Of a DNA stretch of 64,000 bases, positions 1 to 10,880 are shown piece by piece. The stretch comes from an uncultured Candidatus Rokubacteria bacterium (GTDB taxonomy: Bacteria; Methylomirabilota; Methylomirabilia; Rokubacteriales; DASRDR01), in the NCBI GenBank assembly GCA_963826115.1, contig CAWGVS010000005.1:1376001-1440000 (forward strand). Direction: 5' to 3'. The notes beneath the pieces were generated by a model. That model saw only the letters and a list, made by a program, of their open reading frames with translations. It did not search any database and had not been told where the DNA came from. Every line of letters begins with the position of its first letter. Within the stretch, counting starts at the first letter, position 1. Both the position numbers and the translations under genes were made by a program.

Positions 1-959
1 GTGACCACCTTCCACGGCGTGAGCACGGGCAGCTCGGGGTTGAGGGTCCAGTCCCAGCGGCTCTTGATGTACGAGAGCCAGCCGTCGAAGTTCGCGGCCT
101 TCGCCTTCGCGTTGGCCTGGTCCACCCCGATGTACTTCGGGTGGAACTGCTTGATGTAGTGGGCGGGGGCGTAGGCGCCCATCGTCCGCCCCCCCATCTG
201 CCAGAGGGCCTGCCCGCCACCCATCGCGGTGGACCCGGCGAGGATGTCGAGGAACAGGTAGTTCGGCTCCGGGAACTCGAAGAGGACCGTCGTCTCGTCG
301 ATCTTCTTCAGGACCCCGGACTTGCCGTTGATCATGAAGTCCGGGTGCGAGACCGGGGTGATGTCCTTGTTCAGGTACATGTCCTCGTACCAGAACACGA
401 AGTCATCCGCGGTGAAGGGCTTGCCGTCCGACCACTTGTGGCCCTTCCGGAGGTAGAGCGTCACCGACTTCCCGTCGTCGCTGAGGAGCCACTGCCGCGC
501 GATGCATGGCCGGGGCTGGGTGCCCGTGTATTCCCAGAACAGGAGCTTGTCCGACGACACGATCCGGTTGCCGTTCTCCTGGTCGCCGGGGCCGGTGAAC
601 CCGCGCCGCCAGGTCCCGCCGTACTTCCCGATCTCGTGGACGGGCTTGATGACGAGCGGCTCCTTGGGGACGCGCTCGGTCACCGGCGGAAGCTTCCCCT
701 GCTTCACGAGCTCCGCCAGCATCGGCGCCTCGTGGAACTTCGTGGGCCACTTGGCCGGGTCGAGGATCAGCTCCGGACCCTCGAGCTTGCCGATCAGCTG
801 GGCGCCGAGCTTCGGCGCCGGGGCGCCGGTCCCCTGAGCGCGGGCCACCCCGGGCAGGCCGACGGCGGCCAGGCCCCCTGAAGCGGCGAGGCCCCCCGAG
901 AGGAGCGCCGCGTCCCGGATGAACTCGCGCCGGCTGACACCATTCCGCTTCTTGGGCAT
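1..959 (-). CDS. ABC transporter substrate-binding protein (family 5, peptide/nickel type), Tat-exported; 3' end lies outside the window
   Basis: Manual translation from ATG 959: MPKKRNGVSRREFIRDAA (twin-Arg signal), then LPPVTERVP, GKYGGTWR, LRKGHKWSDGKPFTADD family-5 motifs; GAGGAGG RBS upstream. Absent from the ORF track because it has no stop in the window. Confidence 0.9.
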   Translation of the reverse strand, partial: MPKKRNGVSRREFIRDAALLSGGLAASGGLAAVGLPGVARAQGTGAPAPKLGAQLIGKLEGPELILDPAKWPTKFHEAPMLAELVKQGKLPPVTERVPKEPLVIKPVHEIGKYGGTWRRGFTGPGDQENGNRIVSSDKLLFWEYTGTQPRPCIARQWLLSDDGKSVTLYLRKGHKWSDGKPFTADDFVFWYEDMYLNKDITPVSHPDFMINGKSGVLKKIDETTVLFEFPEPNYLFLDILAGSTAMGGGQALWQMGGRTMGAYAPAHYIKQFHPKYIGVDQANAKAKAANFDGWLSYIKSRWDWTLNPELPVLTPWKVV

Positions 960-1077
960 CACGGACCCTCCTCATTGACGGTCGTGTTCGAAGTACGACG
1001 GGCTCGGGACGACCTGATGGCCCGGAGTCTAGCACGGCGCGGCGACATTTCGCCCCGCCTCCGGACGGCGCGCCGCG

Positions 1078-2079
1078 TCAGACTCGGGTGCCGGCCCGGG
1101 CAGCCTCGCGGGCGCCACGCCCGGCGATCCACCACGGCTGGGCGCACAGCCACCCGAGGAACTCGACGATCGTGTGCGCCGCCAGGTATGACGTGATCCC
1201 GGTCCCGATGTCGAGCATCGGATTGACCTCGACCAGGTCGAAGCCGACGATCCGGGTGTGCTCGGCCAGGGCGCGCAGCGTGTCCCGCAGCTCGGCGTAG
1301 AGGAAGCCGTTCGGCTCGGCGGACACGCAGCCCGGGACCAGCGGCATGTCGAGGACGTCGACGTCGACACTCACGTAGCAGGCGGCGTCGCGAGGAATGC
1401 GGTCGACGAGGCCCCGGGGCGTGACGTCGCGAAACTCCTCCATCGTCACGATGCGGTTCCCGTCCCCCAGCGAGTCGTCCATCATCACCTGGGAGTTCCG
1501 GAGGCTGCGAATCCCGATCTGGCTCAGGCTCCGCACGTGCGCCATCCGCGCGATGTGGCGGAACGGGTGGCTGTTGGTCAGCTCGAGCCCGTGGACGAAT
1601 GGCAGGTAGTCCAGGTGGGCGTCGAAGTGGACGACGTGGAGCGGCTCCCGGTAGGCCCGCACGACCGGATACGTGACGCCGTGGTCGCCCCCCAGGACGA
1701 CCGGCAGGGCGCCCCGGTCGAGGAGCTGGCGGACCATGACCGTCACGTTGTCGAACGTCCCCGCCACGTTGGTGGGCAGGACGTCCGCGTCCCCCACGTC
1801 CACGATCCGGCCGTTGGCGAGCTCGTGCTGGAGGAACTCCCGGCGGAGCGCGGGATCGTAGTAGCCCCGGCCCCGCCCGCCGAAGCGCATCGAGTGCTCC
1901 CGGATCCCGCGCGGGCCGAACCGGGATCCGGGCATGAACGGGGAGCCCTCGTCGCTCGGCACGCCCATCACCGCGATGTCGGCGTCGAGCCGGTCGAGGT
2001 CGGTGGCGATGACCGAGCGGAGGAACGACGGGATCCCGACGAACGGGGCGTTCCAGCGAGGCTCGGCGCCCGGCTGCAT
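1078..2079 (-). CDS. Agmatinase/arginase-family ureohydrolase
   Basis: GSRFGPRGIR, GGDH, DAHLD, SVDVDVLD, EPNG and VEVNP motifs. Confidence 0.9.
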   Translation of the reverse strand: MQPGAEPRWNAPFVGIPSFLRSVIATDLDRLDADIAVMGVPSDEGSPFMPGSRFGPRGIREHSMRFGGRGRGYYDPALRREFLQHELANGRIVDVGDADVLPTNVAGTFDNVTVMVRQLLDRGALPVVLGGDHGVTYPVVRAYREPLHVVHFDAHLDYLPFVHGLELTNSHPFRHIARMAHVRSLSQIGIRSLRNSQVMMDDSLGDGNRIVTMEEFRDVTPRGLVDRIPRDAACYVSVDVDVLDMPLVPGCVSAEPNGFLYAELRDTLRALAEHTRIVGFDLVEVNPMLDIGTGITSYLAAHTIVEFLGWLCAQPWWIAGRGAREAARAGTRV

Positions 2080-2090
2080 CTCGGGAGCGC

Positions 2091-3068
2091 TCAGGCGCCG
2101 ACGCGGGCCGGCGCGCGTCCTCCGGTCCGCTCAGGACTCGCGACGTCGACGCCTTGCCGCGCGAGTACCGCGGCGATGGCGCGTCGCTCCGCCTCGGTCG
2201 CGGGCACGAGCGGCAGGGCCGGCACGCCGCTTCCGATCCCGACCATGGCGCACGCCGCCTTGAGCGCGGGCAGCCAGTGCCCGATCTCGTGGATCGCGCA
2301 GAGGTCGAGGATCGCGGCCTGGAGCCGCGTGCAGGTCGCCGCGTCGCCCCGGGCGGCCGCCGCCCTGAGGTCGACCATCAGACGGGGCGTGACGTTCGCG
2401 AGCCCGGGGACCAGGCCGTCCCCGCCCAGGCGGAGGCTCGCGGCCACGAGGTGCTCGTGGCCCTGGAGGACCCGGAAGTCCGCCCGCGTCGCCTTGACGG
2501 CGAGGAACGCCTGGAACGCGACGAAGTCGCCCGCGGAGTCCTTGATGCCGAGCACCCGGCTGTCGCGGGCGAGGTCGCCCACCAGCGCGGGCGCCAGCAC
2601 CTGGTGGGTGCACTGCGGGATGTTGTAGAGGAGCGCCGGCCGGTCCGCGGCCTCGATGACGGTCTCGATGTGGCGTCGCTGGGCGGTCCCGTCGACGCCG
2701 AAGTAGTAGGGCGACCCCACGACCACCGCGTCGGCGCCCTCGGCCGCGGCCTGGCGCGCCGCCTCCGCCGCCGGCGCCGTCGCCGGCAGCATCACGCCCG
2801 CCAGCACCGGCACCCGCCCCGCCGCCGCCCGGACGAACCGGCGGACGACCAGCCCCCGCTGGCGGGGTGTGAGCCACGCGCCCTCGCCGCAGCCTCCGAG
2901 GACGAAGAGCCCGGTGCACCCCGCCTGGACGACGTGCTCGACCAGGAGGTCGATCGCGCCCTCGTCCACCTCGCGTCCCGCGTCGAGGGGCGAGATGGTC
3001 GGCGGGACGATGCCCGTGAGGGCGCCGTCCCATGCCCAGCGGCGGGGCGGCGTCGTCGACGCCGTCAT
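2091..3068 (-). CDS. Dihydrodipicolinate synthase/N-acetylneuraminate lyase family aldolase
   Basis: C-terminal part of ORF 2091..3731; ATG 3068 overlaps the upstream stop (ATGA); PYY, YNIP and GIKDS Schiff-base Lys motifs. Confidence 0.88.
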   Translation of the reverse strand: MTASTTPPRRWAWDGALTGIVPPTISPLDAGREVDEGAIDLLVEHVVQAGCTGLFVLGGCGEGAWLTPRQRGLVVRRFVRAAAGRVPVLAGVMLPATAPAAEAARQAAAEGADAVVVGSPYYFGVDGTAQRRHIETVIEAADRPALLYNIPQCTHQVLAPALVGDLARDSRVLGIKDSAGDFVAFQAFLAVKATRADFRVLQGHEHLVAASLRLGGDGLVPGLANVTPRLMVDLRAAAARGDAATCTRLQAAILDLCAIHEIGHWLPALKAACAMVGIGSGVPALPLVPATEAERRAIAAVLARQGVDVASPERTGGRAPARVGA

Positions 3069-4438
3069 GCGGAAGCCCGCCCGCCGACGAGCGTCCGGTC
3101 CGGGGTGCCCGCGCCGAGCACCTCCTTCAGCGAGGCCTCGATGATGTCGATCAGCTCGTCGACCTCGGCGGCCGTGATCGTGAGCGGGGGCGCGAGCGCG
3201 AGCATCCAGTGGCTCGCGCGGAGGAGGAGCCCCCGGCGGCGCGCCGCCTCCCGCACCCGGATCCCGAAGTTGACGTCGGCCGGGTACTGCTCGCGGGTCG
3301 ACGGGTCTCGCACGAACTCGACGCCGATCAGGAGCCCCTCGCCCCGGACGTCGCCGATGACGGGGAGCCGCTCCTGCAGCTCGCGGAGGCGCGCCCTCGC
3401 CTGCTCGCCGCGGGCCCGCGAGTTCTCGACGATCCCGTCGTCGAAGATCTGCTTGATGGCCGCGAGGCCGACCGCCGACGCCACCGGGTTCCCGCCGAAC
3501 GTGTGGCCGGCGTGGAACTGGACCTGGTCCACCGCACTCCCGTAGAACACCTGCCCGAGCTTCGTGGTGAGGAGGTTCGCGGACAGGGGCGCGTAGCCGC
3601 CGCTGATCCCCTTCCCCAGGCAGAAGATGTCCGGCCAGGCATTCCAGTGCTCGGCCGCGAAGAGCTTCCCGGTCCGGCCGAAGCCCGTGATGATCTCGTC
3701 GTAGATCAGGACGATGTCGTACCGGTCGCACAGCTCACGGACCTTCGGGAGGTACTCGCGAGGCGGCACAACCACGCCCGCCGAGGTCATGATCGGCTCG
3801 GCGATGAAGCCGGCGATCGTCTCCGGGCCCTCGAGCTGGATGACCTCCTCGAGGAGCCGCGCGTAGGTGGGGCCCAGGGTCTCGGGCCCGCCGGGGAACG
3901 GCGGCCGGTACGGGTCCGGCGTGTGGAGATGGATGAACCCACCGGGGAGCGGCTCGTACGGCGCCCGCCAGCCGGGCCAGCCGCCCGCGGCCAGCGCGTG
4001 GCCCGTCCCGCCGTGGTATGCGCGGTAGTGCGACAGGATCTTGTACTTCGTCGCGTGGCCGGCCTGCTTGTGGTACTGGCGCGCCATCTTGATCGCGGCC
4101 TCGGTCACCTCGGAGCCGCCGGACAGGAGCTTGACCGTCGTGTACTGGGGCGGCGTGATGTCGAGGAGGCGCTTCACGAGCTCGAGCGCCCGGTCGCTGG
4201 TCCCGAGGGTGGGCGCGGCAAGGGCCAGGCGCTCGATCTGCTTCGAGGCGGCCTCGGCGAGGCGCTTGTTGCCGTGCCCCAGGTTGACGCAGAAGGTCCC
4301 GGAGAGCCCGTCGATGAAGCGGCGCCCGTCGACGTCGGTCACGTAGATCCCCCGGCCCTCGGTCAGGATCAGCGGGTTCTCGGCGAACTCCTTCATGGGC
4401 AGGAAGTCGACCATGATGTGACGGGCGAGCTCTTTCAT
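3065..4438 (-). CDS. Class III (omega-amino) PLP aminotransferase
   Basis: SGGSE, YHG, DEIITGFGRTG, LGKG PLP Lys, HTFGGNP motifs. Confidence 0.92.
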   Translation of the reverse strand: MKELARHIMVDFLPMKEFAENPLILTEGRGIYVTDVDGRRFIDGLSGTFCVNLGHGNKRLAEAASKQIERLALAAPTLGTSDRALELVKRLLDITPPQYTTVKLLSGGSEVTEAAIKMARQYHKQAGHATKYKILSHYRAYHGGTGHALAAGGWPGWRAPYEPLPGGFIHLHTPDPYRPPFPGGPETLGPTYARLLEEVIQLEGPETIAGFIAEPIMTSAGVVVPPREYLPKVRELCDRYDIVLIYDEIITGFGRTGKLFAAEHWNAWPDIFCLGKGISGGYAPLSANLLTTKLGQVFYGSAVDQVQFHAGHTFGGNPVASAVGLAAIKQIFDDGIVENSRARGEQARARLRELQERLPVIGDVRGEGLLIGVEFVRDPSTREQYPADVNFGIRVREAARRRGLLLRASHWMLALAPPLTITAAEVDELIDIIEASLKEVLGAGTPDRTLVGGRASA

Positions 4439-4642
4439 CGCGTCTCCCTATGAGGCCAGGACGTGGACGGCGCCGCGCGCCTCGCGCGACGCACCCCTGG
4501 ATTGTACTGACAGGCCCGGCGCGGCGCCAGACGGGGGCGCGCACGGTCGCGGCCACCCGCCGCCGGCTGTGGTACGGTGGACGCACCCGGGAGCCAGAGG
4601 GTCGGCGGCGCACGCCGGGCCGCCCGGGCCAGGAGGAGCGCC

Positions 4643-5827
4643 ATGGCGGACGCGGTGATCGTCTCGACGGCCCGGACTCCCATCGGCAAGGCGTACCGGG
4701 GGGCGTTCAACAACACCCACGGGGCGACCCTGGCAGGGCACGTGATCGAGCACGCGGTGCAGCGCGCGCGCATCGATCCGGCCGAGGTCGAGGACGTGAT
4801 CATCGGGTGCGCGATGCCCGAGGGCGCGACCGGCCACAACATCGCCCGCCAGGCGGCGCTCCGCGCCGGGCTGCCCGTGACCGCGGCCGCGACGACGGTC
4901 AACCGCTTCTGCTCCTCCGGCCTCCAGGCGATCGCGATCGCCGCGCAGCGCGTGGTGGTGGACCGCGTCCCCGTCGCCGTCGCGGGCGGCGTGGAGTCGA
5001 TCAGCCTCGTGCAGAACGAGCACCAGAACCGCTACCGGCTGACCGAGGACTGGCTCCTCGAGCACAAGCCCGAGGTCTACATGTCGATGCTCGAGACCGC
5101 CGAGGTGGTCGCCAAGCGCTACCACGTCACGCGGGAGATGCAGGACCGCTACTCGCTCGAGAGCCAGCGTCGCATGGCGGCCGCCCAGAAGGAGGGCCGC
5201 CTCGACGCGGAGATCGCGCCGCTCAAGAGCGTGAAGATCGTCGTGGACAAGGCCACCGGGGCGTCGCGCGAGGAGTCGACGCTCCTGACGCAGGACGAGG
5301 GAAACCGCCCCGACACCACCGCCGAGGGCTTGGCGGCCCTGAAGCCCGTGGTCAGCGCGGCGGGCACGATCACCGCCGGCAACGCGAGTCAGCTCTCCGA
5401 CGGCGCCTCGGCCTGCGTGGTGATGGACGCGAAGCTGGCGGAGCGGCGCGGCCTCCAGCCGCTCGGCGTCTTCCGCGGCCTCGCCGTCTCGGGCTGCGAG
5501 CCCGACGAGATGGGCATCGGCCCGGTCTTCGCCGTGCCGCGGCTCCTCGAGCGCTTCGGTCTCAAGGTAGACGACATCGACCTCTGGGAGCTGAACGAGG
5601 CCTTCGCCGTCCAGGTCGTGTACTGCCGCGACCGGCTGGGCATCCCGATGGAGCGGCTGAACGTCGACGGCGGCTCGATCGCGATCGGCCACCCCTACGG
5701 CATGAGCGGCGCCCGCATGACGGGCCATGCGCTCATCGAGGGAAAGCGGCGTCGCGCCAGGCGCGTGGTCGTGACCATGTGCATCGGCGGCGGCATGGGG
5801 GCGGCCGGCCTCTTCGAGATCGCGTAG
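4643..5827 (+). CDS. Acetyl-CoA C-acyltransferase (thiolase)
   Basis: NRFCSSG, NEAFA, GHPYG, MCIGGG catalytic motifs; AGGAGG RBS before ATG 4643. Confidence 0.95.
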   Translation: MADAVIVSTARTPIGKAYRGAFNNTHGATLAGHVIEHAVQRARIDPAEVEDVIIGCAMPEGATGHNIARQAALRAGLPVTAAATTVNRFCSSGLQAIAIAAQRVVVDRVPVAVAGGVESISLVQNEHQNRYRLTEDWLLEHKPEVYMSMLETAEVVAKRYHVTREMQDRYSLESQRRMAAAQKEGRLDAEIAPLKSVKIVVDKATGASREESTLLTQDEGNRPDTTAEGLAALKPVVSAAGTITAGNASQLSDGASACVVMDAKLAERRGLQPLGVFRGLAVSGCEPDEMGIGPVFAVPRLLERFGLKVDDIDLWELNEAFAVQVVYCRDRLGIPMERLNVDGGSIAIGHPYGMSGARMTGHALIEGKRRRARRVVVTMCIGGGMGAAGLFEIA

Positions 5828-5881
5828 CCCGGCGCGCCCCCGACGCCCCGCGGGCCCCGGTGTAGAATGCCGCCGGGCGAC

Positions 5882-6778
5882 ATGGGCGACACGATCTTCT
5901 TCGGCTACGACCAGGCCGCGCTCGACCGCGAGTACAACAACTCCGGGAAGGTCGCGAACGCCGCCCGCTATCTCGCGTGGTACCCGGGGGAGAGCGCTCG
6001 CACCCGCGAGACCCTTCCCGCGCGTCTCGACCTCCGCTACGGACCGCGCCCTGGCGAGACGCTCGACGTCTTCCTCCCCGAGGGCCACGGGCCCTGGCCG
6101 GTCCACGTGTTCGTCCACGGCGGCTACTGGCGATCGCTCGACAAGCAGGACTTCAGCTTCGCGGCGCGAGCCTTCCAGCCGGCCGGCGTCCTCGTCGCGG
6201 TGATCAACTACGCCCTCATCCCCTCGGTCGACATGGACGAGCTGGTCCGGCAGGTGCGCGCGTCGGTCGCGTGGCTCCACCGGAACGTCGCGGCCCTGGG
6301 CGGCGATCCCGACCGGATCACGGTCTCCGGCCACTCGGCCGGCGGCCATCTGGTCGCGATGCTGATGGCGACCGACTGGCGGAGCTTCGCCGGGCTGCCC
6401 GCCGACGTGGTCAAGGCCGGCTGCGGCATCAGCGGCCTCTACGACCTCGAGCCCATCCGGCTCTCGTATCTCAACCAGACGCTCGGGCTCACGATGGAGA
6501 CGGCGCGCCGGAACAGCCCGGTCCATCTGGTCCCCGCGGCCGCGGGTCCCCTGCTCCTCCCCGTCGGGGAGAAGGAGGGCGACGAGTACCACCGCCAGAC
6601 GGGGTCGCTTGCCGCCGCGTGGCGGCGCCGCGGGCTCCCGGTCGAGGTCATGGACATGGCCGACCACGATCACTTCTCGATCATCACGGAGCTCGGCGAT
6701 CCCGGGTCGACGCTCGGCCGGGCGATCCTGCGGCTGGCGGGCGTCCCCGCGAACGGACCGAAGGCGGCGGCCCGATGA
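5882..6778 (+). CDS. Alpha/beta hydrolase, arylformamidase (kynurenine formamidase)-like
   Basis: HGGYW, GHSAGG, SGLYDL, DHF motifs; start could also be 5867. Confidence 0.85.
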   Translation: MGDTIFFGYDQAALDREYNNSGKVANAARYLAWYPGESARTRETLPARLDLRYGPRPGETLDVFLPEGHGPWPVHVFVHGGYWRSLDKQDFSFAARAFQPAGVLVAVINYALIPSVDMDELVRQVRASVAWLHRNVAALGGDPDRITVSGHSAGGHLVAMLMATDWRSFAGLPADVVKAGCGISGLYDLEPIRLSYLNQTLGLTMETARRNSPVHLVPAAAGPLLLPVGEKEGDEYHRQTGSLAAAWRRRGLPVEVMDMADHDHFSIITELGDPGSTLGRAILRLAGVPANGPKAAAR

Positions 6779-7299
6779 TCCGCGAGGTGCCCGGCCGGAA
6801 GCCCCGGATCCACCCCGACACCTGGATCGACCCCGCCGCCGAGGTGATCGGCGACGTCACGATCGAGCAGGGCGCGAGCGTGTGGCCCGGCGCGGTGCTC
6901 CGGGGCGACGAGGACAACTACGTGCGCCTCGGCCGGAACTCGAACGTCCAGGACGGCTCCGTGCTCCACGTGACGCCGGAGTTCCCGTGCGTCGTGGGCG
7001 ATGGCGTCACGATCGGCCACCGGGCCGTCGTCCACGCGTGCACGATCAAGGACAACGCGCGGATCGGGATCGGCGCCGTCGTCCTCACCGGCGCCGTGGT
7101 CGAGGAGAACGCCCAGGTCGGGGCGGGCGCCGTGGTGCCGCCCGGCAAGGTCGTGCCGGCAGGGTGGCTGGTGATGGGGGTGCCGGCCAAGCCCGTCCGC
7201 GAGATGACCCCCGAGGAGCTCGAGGAGATCCGGCGCAACGCGACGGCGTACGTCGCGCTCTGGCGCCGGGACTACGGGCCGCGCGCCGGCGCGCCCTAG
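6775..7299 (+). CDS. Gamma-carbonic anhydrase family (YrdA/PaaY-like) hexapeptide-repeat protein
   Basis: VIGDV, AVLRGD, SNVQDGSVLH, TIGH..HAC; ATGA overlap with upstream gene. Confidence 0.92.
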   Translation: MIREVPGRKPRIHPDTWIDPAAEVIGDVTIEQGASVWPGAVLRGDEDNYVRLGRNSNVQDGSVLHVTPEFPCVVGDGVTIGHRAVVHACTIKDNARIGIGAVVLTGAVVEENAQVGAGAVVPPGKVVPAGWLVMGVPAKPVREMTPEELEEIRRNATAYVALWRRDYGPRAGAP

Positions 7300-7350
7300 C
7301 CGGGCAGCCCGCGTCAGATCGACACCGACCACTCGACACCAGGAGGTCCC

Positions 7351-7701
7351 ATGCCGCTCCGCACGCGCTATCTCTTCTCCGCCGCCATGGACGTCGACCC
7401 GACCCGCGACGCGCTCTTCCACGAGGTCTACGACAAGGAGCACATCCCGGCGCTCCTCGAGGTGCCCGGCGTCGTGTCGGCATCGCGCTTCAAGCTCCGC
7501 GAGCTCACCATGATGATCGGCGGCGAGCGGAAGACCATGGACACCCAGGGGGCGCCGCGCTACAACGCGCTCTACGAGCTCGAGTCGCCCGAGGTGCTGC
7601 TCACCTCCGCGTGGGCCAAGGCGGTCGAGCGCGGCCGCTGGCCGACCGAGGTGCGCGCCTTCACCCGGAACCGCCACCACCTCCTCTACGAGCGCCTGTA
7701 G
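7351..7701 (+). CDS. Small dimeric alpha/beta-barrel protein (EthD/DUF4286-like)
   Basis: F..YD.EHIP.LL.VPGV.SA.RF pattern, YNALYELES; AGGAGG RBS. Confidence 0.7.
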   Translation: MPLRTRYLFSAAMDVDPTRDALFHEVYDKEHIPALLEVPGVVSASRFKLRELTMMIGGERKTMDTQGAPRYNALYELESPEVLLTSAWAKAVERGRWPTEVRAFTRNRHHLLYERL

Positions 7702-7711
7702 ACCAAACGAC

Positions 7712-7869
7712 GGGGTCAGGCCTTACCCTTGATCTCGGGGGCGACGATGACGCGCGAACATCAGGGTGCGGGCCTGACCCCAAGTTCGACCAAACTCCGG
7801 GCTCAGGCCTTGGCCTCGGTCTAGGGTCGACAGTGACGGGAGAACACCCAAGCACGGGCCTGACCCCGG
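7712..7869. repeat. Tandem pair of REP-like inverted-repeat doublets
   Basis: GGGGTCAGGCC 7712-7722 pairs with GGCCTGACCCC 7771-7781; GGGCTCAGGCC ~7799-7809 pairs with GGCCTGACCCCGG 7857-7869; both units preceded by GACCAAAC. Confidence 0.75.
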
Positions 7870-8630
7870 GATGGGATCCGGCCAAGTATCTGGAGTTCGC
7901 CGGACCGCGGCTCCGCCCGGCGATCGATCTCCTCGCCCGCGTCTCGCTCCCGGCGCCGGCCGCCGTGTACGACCTCGGGTGCGGCGCGGGCAACGTCACG
8001 AAGCTCCTCGCGGAGCGCTGGCCGGCAGCGGCCGTGACCGGCGTCGACGGCTCGCCTGCCATGCTGGCGACGGCGCGCGCGGCGACGCCGACGATCACCT
8101 GGCAGCAGGCCGATCTCGGCGCCTGGCGACCGTCGTGGCCCGCCGACCTCCTCTTCTCGAACGCGGCCCTCCACTGGCTCGACGGCCACGAGGTGCTGTT
8201 CCCCCGCCTGATGAGCGAGCTCGCCCCGGGCGGCGTCCTCGCCGTCCAGATGCCGAGGAACCACGGCGCGCCGTCTCACACCGAGATGGTCGCCGCGGCT
8301 TCGGCCGGCCCGTGGCACGAGCGCCTGGCCCCGCATCTCCGCACTCGCCCCGTCGCCGAGCCGTCCGTCTATCACGACATCCTGGCCCCCCATGCCGCGC
8401 GGCTCGACATCTGGGAGACCGAGTACCTCCACGCGCTCGAGGGCGAGAACCCCGTCGTCGAGTGGACCCGCGGCTCGGCGCTGAAGCCCCTCCTCGACGC
8501 CCTCACGGAGCCGGACCGCTCCGCGTTCCTCGCCGAGTACTCGGGCCGCGTCAAGCGCGCCTATCCGCCGCGGCCGGACGGCCGCACGCTCCTGCCCTTC
8601 CGCCGCCTCTTCATCGTCGCGACCCGCTGA
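7833..8630 (+). CDS. tam: Trans-aconitate 2-methyltransferase
   Basis: WDPAKYL.F...[33 protein letters not shown]; start uncertain (GTG 7833). Confidence 0.88.
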   Translation: MTGEHPSTGLTPGWDPAKYLEFAGPRLRPAIDLLARVSLPAPAAVYDLGCGAGNVTKLLAERWPAAAVTGVDGSPAMLATARAATPTITWQQADLGAWRPSWPADLLFSNAALHWLDGHEVLFPRLMSELAPGGVLAVQMPRNHGAPSHTEMVAAASAGPWHERLAPHLRTRPVAEPSVYHDILAPHAARLDIWETEYLHALEGENPVVEWTRGSALKPLLDALTEPDRSAFLAEYSGRVKRAYPPRPDGRTLLPFRRLFIVATR

Positions 8631-8712
8631 TCCTGACACGATTCCGCAACATCCGGGCCGAGACGGCCGCTCGGGTCGACGTGATAAAGTGGACCATCAG
8701 GAGAGCCAAGCC

Positions 8713-9930
<1,218 letters not shown>

Positions 9931-10064
9931 GCGGCGCGCGGGCGTCCGGCTGCCTCTCGCCGCTGCGTCGTCCCGTTCGCGTCCCGCCCGATGATCTCGC
10001 GCGCGAGAGTTGGCCCGGCCGTCGTCCCGGCAAGCTCACCCGCTAGCTGGTAAGGAGGCTTCCC

Positions 10065-10511
10065 ATGTGGTTTTCCGCGATCGTGGCGTCGCTCCACTAC
10101 CTGGCGCTCGCCATCGGTCTGCCCGCGGTGTTCCTGCGCGGGCGCGCGCTCAAGGGAACGCTGGACGACGCGGGGCTCCGGCGGCTCTTCGCGGCCGACT
10201 CGATGTGGGGCGTGGCAGCCGCCCTCTGGGTGGCGACCGGCCTCCTCCGGGCGTTCGCCGGGCTCGAGAAGGGCTCGGCCTACTACCTCCAGAGCCACGG
10301 GTTCTACCTGAAGATGGGGCTCTTCCTGGCCGTCGTGCTCCTGGAGGTGCGCCCGATGCTCACCTTCATGCGGTGGCGCCAGGCCCACCGGCGCGGCGCC
10401 CCGATCGACACGAGCGCGGCTCGCGCGCTGTTCCAGGTAAGCCACATCCAGCTCTCTCTCGTCGTGGCGATGGTCTTCATCGCGTCGGCGATGGCGCGCG
10501 GGGTCTGGTAG
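10065..10511 (+). CDS. DUF2214-like membrane protein
   Basis: Four hydrophobic helices, LHYLA, D..WG..A, EKG..YY, MARG C-terminus; AAGGAGG RBS. Confidence 0.8.
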   Translation: MWFSAIVASLHYLALAIGLPAVFLRGRALKGTLDDAGLRRLFAADSMWGVAAALWVATGLLRAFAGLEKGSAYYLQSHGFYLKMGLFLAVVLLEVRPMLTFMRWRQAHRRGAPIDTSAARALFQVSHIQLSLVVAMVFIASAMARGVW

Positions 10512-10534
10512 TCGGCGGTCTTCGGGTCGGCGGG

Positions 10535-10712
10535 TCAGCCATCCGGAGCCGCCGGGCCTGACGCTCCCGGCGGCTCCTGGCTCAGCTCGGTCGGATCAGA
10601 ATCCAGCAGGGCCGGCGGGAGCAGCGTGACGATCACGGGAACCGTGGTCGTCGCGGCGTTCCCCGCAGCGTCCTCGCAGCTGACCGTCAGCGTGTAGGTC
10701 CGCCGGCCCATG
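10535..10712 (-). pseudogene. C-terminal relic of an Ig-like/HYR-type extracellular domain
   Basis: GRRTYTLTVSCEDAAGNAATTTVPVIVT resembles the YTxTVxxxDxAGN strand of secreted repeat proteins; no N-terminus. Confidence 0.45.
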
Positions 10713-10740
10713 CGTCTGCACACTGCCTGAGGAGGAGACG

Positions 10741-10857
10741 CGTACGTCTCTCGACTTCTTCGTTGCGCGCTTCACGGCAGACCTAGACCTCGACGCGACC
10801 TTCAGCGGAGACAGCTGGGTCACCACCAACTACCTCGGAGGCGCTGTCAACACCTGA
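10741..10857 (+). pseudogene. C-terminal relic of a delta-60 repeat (beta-propeller) protein
   Basis: Manual translation RTSLDFFVARFTADLDLDATFSGDSWVTTNYLGGAVNT* matches the DFxxxRxxxDGxLDxTFxxDGxVTT repeat pattern; no start codon. Confidence 0.55.
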
Positions 10858-10880
10858 CGCGGGGCGTCGTAACGAAGGGG

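Noticed and set aside
141-1035. ORF-track entries 141..881 +, 403..1035 -, 502..837 +
   Set aside because: They overlap the real minus-strand ABC binding-protein gene (1..959) that runs off the window edge.
7702-7870. Possible mini-CRISPR array
   Set aside because: Repeats alternate in orientation, are only about 11-13 bp and no cas genes are present; REP-like instead.
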